DNA of 32,000 nt from assembly GCF_000299365.1 (NCBI RefSeq), contig NC_018655.1, forward strand, positions 1,200,001 to 1,232,000. Reading direction: 5' to 3'. Shown here piece by piece: positions 17,189 through 27,471 of the stretch. This DNA is from Candidatus Nitrosopumilus koreensis AR1 (GTDB lineage: Archaea; Thermoproteota; Nitrososphaeria; Nitrososphaerales; Nitrosopumilaceae). Positions within the stretch are counted from its first letter, which is position 1. Each line of letters begins with the position of its first letter. Both the position numbers and the translations under genes were made by a program. The notes under the pieces are model-generated. The model was not told the origin of the DNA. It ran no database searches and saw only the letters and a list, made by a program, of their open reading frames with translations.

Positions 17189-18225
17189 TGCTGTGGTTTG
17201 TAGGTTTAGGAATTTCAGGATTCAAATCAATTCCTCATGAAGCAATAGATGTTTTATCAAAGGCAGATATCGTGTATCTTGAACAATTCACTAGTCCTAT
17301 TGGAAAATCAGATCTGAGTAAAATAAAAAATTCAATAAAAGGAGAATTTAGGCCAGCAAAAAGATGGTTGGTAGAAGATGGAAATGAAATTTTAGAAAAT
17401 GCAAAGAAAAAGAAAGTGGTCTTGCTATCATATGGGGATCCATACATTGCTACAACACACATTGAGTTACGAGAAAGGGCAATTAAAGAAAAATAAAAAC
17501 ATATTCCATTCATGCATCTTCGTCATTAACTTCAATGATTGGAGAATGTGGTTTGCATTTTTTACAAAGTTGGAAGAATTGCAACAATAATGAGTGAAAT
17601 GAAATCACTTACAACACCATATTATGTCATTTACAAAAACGTCATAGAAGGGAATCACACAGTACTTCTCTTAGAATTTAATCAGGACAAAGATTTTTTC
17701 TTAGATCCAAAAGATGCATTAAACGGACTACTAGAAACTGAAAAAGGACAACTACGAAAAGTCATTAATACATCAACATTTGCAATAATTGCATCAAGAA
17801 TAGGATTCAAAGACCAAGAGATAGTTTCAGGTAAGATTTCCAGCCTGAAAAAGAGAGATTTTGGAAAACCACCTCATACAGTTATAATTCCAGGAAGATT
17901 GCATTTTACTGAATCAGATGCATTGAAAGTTTTAGGTGAATGTATTGATGAGCCATTTGATAATTCTGAGAAAACACGAAAGATCTCAATTCAAATGATT
18001 GAGAAATATGTGCCAATGGTAAGAGAAGCGCTTGAAGAAGTTAAACCACACTATAAGGATCAAAAAGAATTTCAGGTAATTTTAGAAAATGCAGAGTTGT
18101 ATGTAAAAGACGCCGAGAAATTTTTAGAAGATGGGCAAGACGAAGTATCTATCCTAAGTATCGGTTATGCAGATGGATTAGTTGATGCATTAAGGTTAGC
18201 AAAAGGTCTAGATCCAAAAATGTAG
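17188..18225 (+). pseudogene. dphB: Diphthine synthase (Dph5/DphB) with a C-terminal DUF357-like extension; frame broken twice (compensating shifts)
   Basis: Three pieces in frames 1/0/1 together match Dph5. Piece 1: MLWFVGLGISG...LSYGDPYIATTHIELRERAIKEK. Piece 2: IKTYSIHASSSLTSMIGECGLHF. Piece 3: YKVGRIATI...KPPHTVIIPGRLHF. The breaks are at the A5 run 17489-17493 and the T6 run 17558-17563. Confidence 0.85.
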
Positions 18226-18265
18226 TTTTAGCGATGAATTAAAGAGAGGGTGACAAATAGAAAAA

Positions 18266-18886
18266 ATGTTGGAATCAAGCCAAAAAGTAATTCTTTCTAC
18301 AATGTATGTATGCCAAATTGAAAATACAGAACCATTTGAAAAAATTAAAGAAAAAACCATGTTTTCAGACGAAGAAATAAAATCAAAAATTGATGAATTA
18401 ATCAAAAATCAACTTGTTAATGAAGATAAAAAATCACTTACAGAGTTAGGACGAAACTCATTACGAGTAGTATTGGCAGGAGGTGTTTTTGATATTATTC
18501 ATCCAGGACACATTTACACACTAAATGCAGCAAAAGCATTAGGTGATGTTCTTGTTGTAGTTGTGGCTACAGACAACACTGCAATAAAAATGAAAAAAAG
18601 ACAACCACTACATTCTCAAGAGCAAAGAAAAGAGTTGGTAAATTCATTATCAATGGTAGACCTTTGCCTAATAGGACAAGAAGATGATATTTTCAAGACC
18701 GTAAATAACGTAAGGCCACAAATAATCGCACTAGGATACGATCAAGTTCACCAAGAAAAATCCATCATAGACGGTTGTAAAAGAATCAATCTTGATGCAG
18801 CAGTTGCAAGGTTACAGTCTCCAATTCCAGACAGCTCTAGCTCAAAAATTCAAAAAGAGTATGGAGAATCAATACATGGAATTTAA
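18266..18886 (+). CDS. ribL: FAD synthase (archaeal RibL-type cytidylyltransferase-fold FMN adenylyltransferase) with an N-terminal wHTH-like extension
   Basis: GGVFDIIHPGH (HxGH nucleotidyltransferase motif) begins near residue 72. The first ~66 residues (SQKVILSTMYVCQ...DEEIKSKIDELIKNQLV...LTELGRNSL) look like a winged helix. Confidence 0.78.
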   Translation: MLESSQKVILSTMYVCQIENTEPFEKIKEKTMFSDEEIKSKIDELIKNQLVNEDKKSLTELGRNSLRVVLAGGVFDIIHPGHIYTLNAAKALGDVLVVVVATDNTAIKMKKRQPLHSQEQRKELVNSLSMVDLCLIGQEDDIFKTVNNVRPQIIALGYDQVHQEKSIIDGCKRINLDAAVARLQSPIPDSSSSKIQKEYGESIHGI

Positions 18887-19566
18887 CCAGTAACAGGAAT
18901 TTTTACCGATACCTTAGAACCATCTTTTAGTTTTGCAGTTTTCCTCAAACATGTTTTAGAGATCAATTCCACAACAGAATTATCATGATGAGTGCGTTCA
19001 AGTAAAATTAAATCGCATTTGATGGAATTATTTAATTTTGCAGGGAAGCATTTTACCCAACCGTAAGTTCTCTTTCCATCTGAAAAGCTCTTAATTTTAA
19101 TTCCATCCAAAGTTTCAAATTGTTTTATTGCTTCTTGATGAATTTTTTGATCTAGTCTCACATTAAGAGTTCCTGGAAATGGAACATATCCAATTTTAGA
19201 CTTGAATTGTTTTGTATATCCTTTTAATCCCATGTAATATGCACCCTCACCCATACCAGAAACTAAAGTTCCTTTTAGTTCAACATTTGAAGGAAAAGAG
19301 TCTAAACTTTTTTGTAAAATTGCAGATAATTTTACCATTTCAGAAAAGCCTTTGGATGTAATCTTCACAGAGATATTTCTTCCACTAATGATCCTATCAA
19401 TGAATTGGTTTTGTTCTAATTCAAGTAGATGTTTCGATGCAGCTTGTTGTGATTTTTTAATGCTTTTTCCCAAAGAAGATGTTGTGATTGTGACATAGTT
19501 ATGTTTTGCACCTTTAGATAAAAGATAAGATAAAGTTAGAATGTGCTGAATTTTTAGTTCAGACAT
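18883..19566 (-). CDS. ribK: CTP-dependent riboflavin kinase fused to an N-terminal HTH domain (RbkR-type)
   Basis: The C-terminal block LKGTLVSGMGEGAYYM...GYVPFPGTLNVRL matches the archaeal CTP-dependent riboflavin kinase signature. The N-terminal ~85 aa form an HTH (LGKSIKKSQQAASKHLLELEQNQFI). This architecture is the one described for the archaeal regulator/enzyme RbkR. Confidence 0.8.
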   Translation of the reverse strand: MSELKIQHILTLSYLLSKGAKHNYVTITTSSLGKSIKKSQQAASKHLLELEQNQFIDRIISGRNISVKITSKGFSEMVKLSAILQKSLDSFPSNVELKGTLVSGMGEGAYYMGLKGYTKQFKSKIGYVPFPGTLNVRLDQKIHQEAIKQFETLDGIKIKSFSDGKRTYGWVKCFPAKLNNSIKCDLILLERTHHDNSVVELISKTCLRKTAKLKDGSKVSVKIPVTG

Positions 19567-19574
19567 CTAAGTCC

Positions 19575-20717
19575 CTATGCTACGCCTAAGTCACCGAATG
19601 TTTTGAGAGTCATTCCATCAGAGTTTGATAGTTTAGCTACTCTGTGTCCAATGACACATTCAATTCCTGCATTTTTGGCACCCTCTAAAAGTCTCTGAGT
19701 TATGATTCCATCTAGTAGAAGGTATTTGATTCCAGATTGAGTTGAAAGTTTACTGACAACTTCACTTATTGGAACTTTGAAAATTTCATTATTGTCAGCA
19801 TCTAGTGCAATTGCTTCAAGAGTTTCATTTAGGGTTGGGAAAATTTTTGATGCCATTTCTGCAAGTGGTTTATCATTTTCACTTTTTAGTGCGGGTGATG
19901 GTTTTCCACCTTTAATCTCTGCTGCAACAGGACTAAGAATTTCATCAATTCTTTGTGGAGTTAATTCTTCAACTTCAACATCATTATCAGCTCTTAATTC
20001 ATAATCAAGAGGAACAACGGATTTGAGTTCTTTAAGAATAAATCCACCTGCTCTATCACCATCTAAGAATGCTACAACAGTATCTTTAGAATTACATAAT
20101 TCTTTGATAGATTCATCAATTTTTGCACCTTCAATTGCAAGAGCATTATCATATCCAGCTCTGAGAAGATTAATCACATCTGCTCGTCCTTCAACTAAAA
20201 TTACCCAGTTAGAGTCAGCTAGACCTGAACTGCAAGTAAGTTTGGATGGCCCGTATGTAGTTAATTTTCCAGTGTCACCCTGATGAACATCATTTAGCAT
20301 GGTTTCTCCTTCACTGACAGTTTTAGTTGCCCATTTTTGCTTGATCTCTTTTGCACGTCTTACAATATCGTCTTTCTTTGCAGCACGTACATCATCAATT
20401 GCTTCTAATGTAAACTTGCAATCAAATGGGCCTACTTTGTCAATGCTTTCAATTCCTGCGGCAATTAATGCACAAGTATCAATATCAGTACTCATAGGAA
20501 TCAATGCATCTCCAGATGTAGTATTTGCAGTAGTTCTTGCATTTACTTCAATGCGACCTACTTTAGAAACTCGTTGCAGTTCATTCAGATTCATCTCAGG
20601 GCCCAACAGTCCTTCTGTTTGACCGAAGATTGCTCCGATTATATCTGCCCTTTCAACGAGCCCATCAACTTCATAGGAAAGTTTAACATGATATTTGACA
20701 ATTCCTGATTGAGGCAT
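19575..20717 (-). CDS. dnaG: Archaeal DnaG-type primase / exosome-associated Toprim protein
   Basis: The conserved archaeal DnaG N-terminus KYHVKLSYEVDGLVERADIIGAIFGQTEGLLG is present, followed by a Toprim core (VILVEGRADVINL ... FLDGDRAGGFI). Confidence 0.85.
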   Translation of the reverse strand: MPQSGIVKYHVKLSYEVDGLVERADIIGAIFGQTEGLLGPEMNLNELQRVSKVGRIEVNARTTANTTSGDALIPMSTDIDTCALIAAGIESIDKVGPFDCKFTLEAIDDVRAAKKDDIVRRAKEIKQKWATKTVSEGETMLNDVHQGDTGKLTTYGPSKLTCSSGLADSNWVILVEGRADVINLLRAGYDNALAIEGAKIDESIKELCNSKDTVVAFLDGDRAGGFILKELKSVVPLDYELRADNDVEVEELTPQRIDEILSPVAAEIKGGKPSPALKSENDKPLAEMASKIFPTLNETLEAIALDADNNEIFKVPISEVVSKLSTQSGIKYLLLDGIITQRLLEGAKNAGIECVIGHRVAKLSNSDGMTLKTFGDLGVA

Positions 20718-20793
20718 AAATTATTCATCTCCTTAATTATCATATTTTGACTCTCTGTATTCGATATATGAGGGTATCGCAAAATTTTGAACT

Positions 20794-20817
20794 AAAAAAC
20801 TAGTATTTTTCAAAAAA
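20794..20817 (-). terminator. Candidate archaeal oligo-T terminator after iscA
   Basis: On the transcribed (minus) strand two T6 runs (plus-strand A6 at 20812-20817 and 20794-20799) follow the iscA stop within about 75 nt, before the dnaG promoter region. Sequence-only inference. Confidence 0.3.
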
Positions 20818-20869
20818 CCCACATCAGAGTATCTATAGATAAATGTAAAAATGAAAAATGATGGTGTGT

Positions 20870-21220
20870 TTATTCAGTACTAAATGAATGACCACATGAG
20901 CAGGATTTTGTAACATTTGGATTGTTAATCTTAAATCCAGAACCCATCAGGCTTTCAATATAGTCAACGTTTGCACCTTGTAGATGGTCAACGCTGTAAC
21001 TGTCAACTAGAAGTTTTACACCATTTTCTTCCATGACTAGGTCATCTTCTTCTGGTGCTTTTTCAAAGCCCATTCCGTAAGACAAACCAGAACAGCCTCC
21101 ACCCTGAACATATACCCTAAGGTATTCAGGAGATTCTGCCTCTTCTTTCATGAATTCTTTGATTTTCTCAGCTGCTTTTGCAGTAACTGTGATCATCTTT
21201 TGTGTTTGCTCAGTTGCCAT
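20870..21220 (-). CDS. iscA: Iron-sulfur cluster insertion/carrier protein (IscA/HesB/ErpA family)
   Basis: GGGCSG and the C-terminal CSCGHSF cysteine motifs are present. The ATG at 21220 (MATEQTQKMITVT) is preferred over the extended ORF-track start at 21271. Confidence 0.85.
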   Translation of the reverse strand: MATEQTQKMITVTAKAAEKIKEFMKEEAESPEYLRVYVQGGGCSGLSYGMGFEKAPEEDDLVMEENGVKLLVDSYSVDHLQGANVDYIESLMGSGFKINNPNVTKSCSCGHSFSTE

Positions 21221-21313
21221 AATGAACAAAAAAGTCGTTTTTAAATATAATAAGCTTTTCCAACCCAACACACTAGTAATCCAAGAGAATTGGGCCTGTT
21301 TTTTGTCAAAAAT

Positions 21314-21760
21314 TTAGTGATCAGCAATATGTTTGACAAGATCACTAGAAGTGATTATACCAATAACTTTGTCATCATCAATTACAGGCAGTTTTCGAAT
21401 ATTTCTTGTAGACATTAGATCGGAAGCAGTCCAAAGATCAGAATCAGGTTCAATAGAAATCAAAGGAGAAGACATTATTCGTCTAACAGGGGTGTCAATA
21501 GGATATGCATGAGCAGCTATTTTGATTGCAAAATCTCGATCAGTTACAATTCCAACAGGGGTACCTTTTTCTAGAACAGTAATTGAACCAACACCACAAT
21601 CTTCCATCATTTTTGCAGCATCAGTTGCGGTAACAGACGAATCAACGGATAGAACAGAATTACTCATGATTTCTTTTACAGAAGTTTTTTGTTGAATAGG
21701 GTCCGAATTCATGTTTGGTATTATATCAAGTGATATTTCAAAGGATTTACTGGATTTCAA
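21314..21760 (-). CDS. CBS-domain pair protein
   Basis: Two tandem CBS motifs (VKEIMSNSVLSVD...GIVTDRDF; VRRIMSSPLISIEP...GIITSSDLVKHI). The start is either TTG at 21760 (TTGA overlap with the upstream gene) or ATG at 21712. Confidence 0.8.
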   Translation of the reverse strand: MKSSKSFEISLDIIPNMNSDPIQQKTSVKEIMSNSVLSVDSSVTATDAAKMMEDCGVGSITVLEKGTPVGIVTDRDFAIKIAAHAYPIDTPVRRIMSSPLISIEPDSDLWTASDLMSTRNIRKLPVIDDDKVIGIITSSDLVKHIADH

Positions 21761-22356
21761 GTATGATAATCATGTTCATTGAAATCAGAACCTAACTGAA
21801 CAGTTAGAATTACAGTAGAATCAGTTGTTTGGAATTTTAATTCCTTATCAGGCAAGAAACTACGAAATACTTGAGTTAACAATTGTTCTGTAAAAACAGA
21901 CCATTTCATCCCCAGTTCATGTTGAATCAAAAAGCTATGCATATCACCCTCAATTCTATGATCAGAATTCATTCCTGATGCCCTCATGTAATCTTCTAAT
22001 GTCTCAATACATCGTTTAAGATCATAACCACCTTTGATAAACAAAACAGTATCTTTAATCATTGGAAAAATCAATGTTATAATTTCATCAATATCTTTTC
22101 CATCAAGCTCACTTCCCAAAGATTCCAAGATTCCTTTGGGTACGGGAATCATTCCTATTTTGTTTGAAAATCTATCCCATTGAATGTATTTTTCTAGAAT
22201 TTGTTTTACAAGTACATTTTGAGAAATGCTTTTCATAGTAGCCTCTGTTTCTAATTCATTGACTAACTTTTCAGGTAGTCTATAGGTAATGCTACGCGTA
22301 GACTCTTTTTTTTGATTATGAATCTGTCTGTTTGAAACCAACTTTTCTTTCATCAT
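21757..22356 (-). CDS. Ribbon-helix-helix (CopG/Arc/MetJ-like) domain protein with an uncharacterised ~140-aa C-terminal domain
   Basis: Residues ~20-58 (RSITYRLPEKLVNELETEATMKSISQNVLVKQILEKYI) fit a beta-strand/helix/helix RHH pattern. I do not recognise the rest, including a His-rich tail ...FNEHDYHT. ATG-ATG start at 22356. Confidence 0.55.
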   Translation of the reverse strand: MMKEKLVSNRQIHNQKKESTRSITYRLPEKLVNELETEATMKSISQNVLVKQILEKYIQWDRFSNKIGMIPVPKGILESLGSELDGKDIDEIITLIFPMIKDTVLFIKGGYDLKRCIETLEDYMRASGMNSDHRIEGDMHSFLIQHELGMKWSVFTEQLLTQVFRSFLPDKELKFQTTDSTVILTVQLGSDFNEHDYHT

Positions 22357-22386
22357 ATTTCAGATCTTCCAGTTATAAAACAATAG

Positions 22387-22728
22387 TTAACTCGTACTAG
22401 ACGAGTTAGGAACAATTTCGATGTGGGTTTCTTCCAAATTACACTGAAGGGATATTGATTTTACCTTACTCTTGTAAAGGAAGTATTTTTTCCCATCCTC
22501 ATTGATTGAACCGGAGATTGCAAGCAATTTTGCATCATATAGTGTCTGTAATCTGCGGTAAACAGTACTAATGGGGATTTTTTTATCACCGGATAACTCC
22601 ATTGCAGATTTGGGTTTTTCTAGGGTATCATGGAGGATTTGTTTGCAATATTTGTCAGCTAGGACTTCTAAAATTATTTGCTTACGTTCATCATCCATTA
22701 CTTTTTGGGTTTGGATTAATTCTTGCAT
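22387..22728 (-). CDS. Winged-helix (ArsR/TrmB-like) transcription regulator
   Basis: ILEVLADKYCKQILHDTLEKPKSAMELSGDKKIPISTVYRRLQTLYDAKLL is a typical wHTH. The ATG at 22728 is preferred over the GTG at 22737. Confidence 0.65.
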   Translation of the reverse strand: MQELIQTQKVMDDERKQIILEVLADKYCKQILHDTLEKPKSAMELSGDKKIPISTVYRRLQTLYDAKLLAISGSINEDGKKYFLYKSKVKSISLQCNLEETHIEIVPNSSSTS

Positions 22729-22750
22729 GATTTCCACATGTGATAATCAG

Positions 22751-22757
22751 ATATAAT
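22751..22757 (-). promoter_or_regulatory. Candidate TATA box for the wHTH regulator gene
   Basis: Minus-strand 'ATTATAT' spans -29..-23 from the ATG at 22728. The palindrome CACATGTG lies between it and the start codon. Confidence 0.3.
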
Positions 22758-22792
22758 CAAAGGGTATACATTGCAAGACACTGCACTCGAAT

Positions 22793-22802
22793 ATTATAAA
22801 TT
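22793..22802 (+). promoter_or_regulatory. Candidate TATA box for the cupredoxin gene
   Basis: 'ATTATAAATT' spans -31..-22 from the ATG at 22824 (leaderless geometry). Confidence 0.3.
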
Positions 22803-22823
22803 CCCATAATTCTACAGAAATGT

Positions 22824-23348
22824 ATGGAACGTATGCCAAAAATGATATCTGTTTTGATTTTAGTGTTTTCGATTTCATTAGTTTCTATCACAGTTAATTT
22901 TGCTAGTGCACAAGCAGTACCAGAATGGGTAAAAAATACAGCATTGTGGTACGGTGAAGGAACCATCTCTGAAGGAGAGTTTCTCAACATGATAAAATTT
23001 CTAATTGAAAATAAAGTAATAGTGCTAGATAGTGTTATGGAACCAGTTCCACAAGCAATTAATGCACAGATTACCATTCCAAATGGAAACTATGATGTCA
23101 CAGGTGCAGGATTTTATTCGCCATTGAACTTGGAGATTCCAATAGACACCACTGTTACATGGGTAAATGATGATTCAGTACCTCACAATATCCAAAGTAC
23201 TGACGGAAAGGGACATGTCATACAATTGTTTAACAGTCCACCACTTAACACTGGAGATAAATTTGAGTTTACGTTTGAAGAATCAGGAGTTTACAACTAT
23301 TACTGCTCATTTCATCCTTGGAGAGTAGGATTAGTTACAGTATCTTAG
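22824..23348 (+). CDS. Membrane-anchored/secreted cupredoxin (plastocyanin/amicyanin-like) lacking an axial Met ligand
   Basis: An N-terminal hydrophobic anchor/signal (ISVLILVFSISLVSITVNFASA) is followed by a Trp-rich linker module (PEWVKNTALWYGEGTISEGEFLNMIKFLIENKVI). The cupredoxin core carries a His in VPHNIQS and the C-terminal loop YYCSFHPWRVGLVTVS*. Cys and two His are present, but there is no Met after the Cys. Confidence 0.8.
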   Translation: MERMPKMISVLILVFSISLVSITVNFASAQAVPEWVKNTALWYGEGTISEGEFLNMIKFLIENKVIVLDSVMEPVPQAINAQITIPNGNYDVTGAGFYSPLNLEIPIDTTVTWVNDDSVPHNIQSTDGKGHVIQLFNSPPLNTGDKFEFTFEESGVYNYYCSFHPWRVGLVTVS

Positions 23349-23404
23349 AGGCAGTAAAACTCTAGTTTTTGTGATTTAATAAAATAAGAGGAAATAGGAA
23401 ATAG

Positions 23405-24175
<771 letters not shown>

Positions 24176-24202
24176 TCAAGTCATGCGAGACTTAAATGTT
24201 AT

Positions 24203-26362
<2,160 letters not shown>

Positions 26363-27045
26363 TCAAAGATGAAATACAGATTTGTAATTGTTGTAAAAAT
26401 TCTTCATATTTGATTTTACAAGTGAAATATTTTCATTGATGTCTAAACGGATTTTTTCTGGATCGATGTCAGGTATTTGTTTTAGTTTTTCTTCAGTGTT
26501 ATCAAGCCAAAGATTCACCATTTCTTCATTTACTTCAATATGGAATTGTAGACCAACAGCACTTTTGTATTGAAATGCTTGATTTTGGTAATGCTCAGAT
26601 GAGGCCAATCTTGTGGCACCATCAGGCAGATCAAAGGTATCACCATGCCAATGAAATACAGTAAAGGGGTTTTTGAATCCTGAAAAGAGAACAGAGTTAT
26701 TTTTTATTTCCAAGTCATTATAGAAACCAATTTCTTTTTTAGTCCAGAGTATACTTTGCCACCAAATGTTTTTGCAATTAATTGAGATCCTAAACATATT
26801 CCTAAAACAGGAATGTTTTTTTCAACAGAATTTTTGATTAATTCTTGTTCTTCTTTAAGATATGGTAAATCATCATTTGCACTTTCAGGAGCTCCTAAAA
26901 GTACAACAAGGGAAAAATCTGAGGTTGGAAGTTTTTCATGTTTTGCATTTACTGATGTAATATCAAATCCGTCTGCTTTGAGAAGATCCCCAAGGTAACC
27001 AGAACCTTCAATTCGAGTATTTTGAACAAGTAAAACGTTTGACAT
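26363..27045 (-). pseudogene. Class I glutamine amidotransferase-like protein, frame broken in an A6 run
   Basis: The upstream piece MSNVLLVQN...VLGICLGSQLIAKTFGGKVYSGLKK (nucleophile Cys in GICLGSQ) and the downstream piece KKEIGFYNDLEI...FHWHGDTFDLP...GLQFHIE (His/Glu of the triad) are consecutive parts of one GATase. They join if the run at 26735-26740 (T6 on plus, A6 on the coding strand) has 7 bases. Confidence 0.8.
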
Positions 27046-27093
27046 ATTTTCTATATACAAAAGCGCTTAATATGTTGAAATGAATTTAGAAAT

Positions 27094-27471
27094 GTGTTTG
27101 TTACCGAACAAGAAATTTCAGAATTACAAAATTTTGTTTTACAATTAAACTCAGTTACAGATGGAATCATAGTGGTTGAAGGAAAAAGAGATTGCAATGC
27201 ATTAAGAAGATTAGGATACCAGGGAAAAATTTTAGAGTTTCATAAGTTTGGAGGAATGAACAAATTTGCAGACACAGTTGCAAAATATAAAAAAATTATT
27301 GTTCTTTTTGACAGAGACAGAAAAGGAAGATACCTTACAGGAAAGACAATTCAGTTGTTACAAAGAAGAACAAAATTAGATTTATCATACAAACGAAAGT
27401 TGAGACAGATTACAAAAGGGAAAATTATGTTTATTGAACAACTAGTTTGTTACGAATCTTATTTAGTCTAA
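27094..27471 (+). CDS. Small Toprim-domain protein (RNase M5 / small-primase-like)
   Basis: IVVEGKRDCNALRRLG ... IIVLFDRDRKGRYL matches the Toprim E...DxD pattern; 125 aa. The GTG start is forced, because the ORF opens at 27079 and has no ATG before the domain. Confidence 0.7.
   Translation: MFVTEQEISELQNFVLQLNSVTDGIIVVEGKRDCNALRRLGYQGKILEFHKFGGMNKFADTVAKYKKIIVLFDRDRKGRYLTGKTIQLLQRRTKLDLSYKRKLRQITKGKIMFIEQLVCYESYLV

Noticed and set aside
17399-17590. 63-aa ORF bridging the two diphthine synthase fragments
   Set aside because: It is in the one frame that does not encode Dph5-like sequence (…KNKNIFHSCIFVINFNDW…). The conserved middle segment is in the third frame. It is an artefact of the frameshift zone, not a gene.
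20870-21271. N-terminal 17-aa extension of IscA (MLGWKSLLYLKTTFLFI) suggesting a signal peptide
   Set aside because: The extension starts at a non-ATG codon and would cover the likely promoter/TATA region. The canonical IscA alignment starts at the ATG at 21220.
22757-23077. 106-aa ORF antisense to the cupredoxin 5' half and spanning the divergent promoter
   Set aside because: It has no motif support and overlaps the cupredoxin signal peptide and linker coding region and both putative TATA boxes. Most likely spurious.
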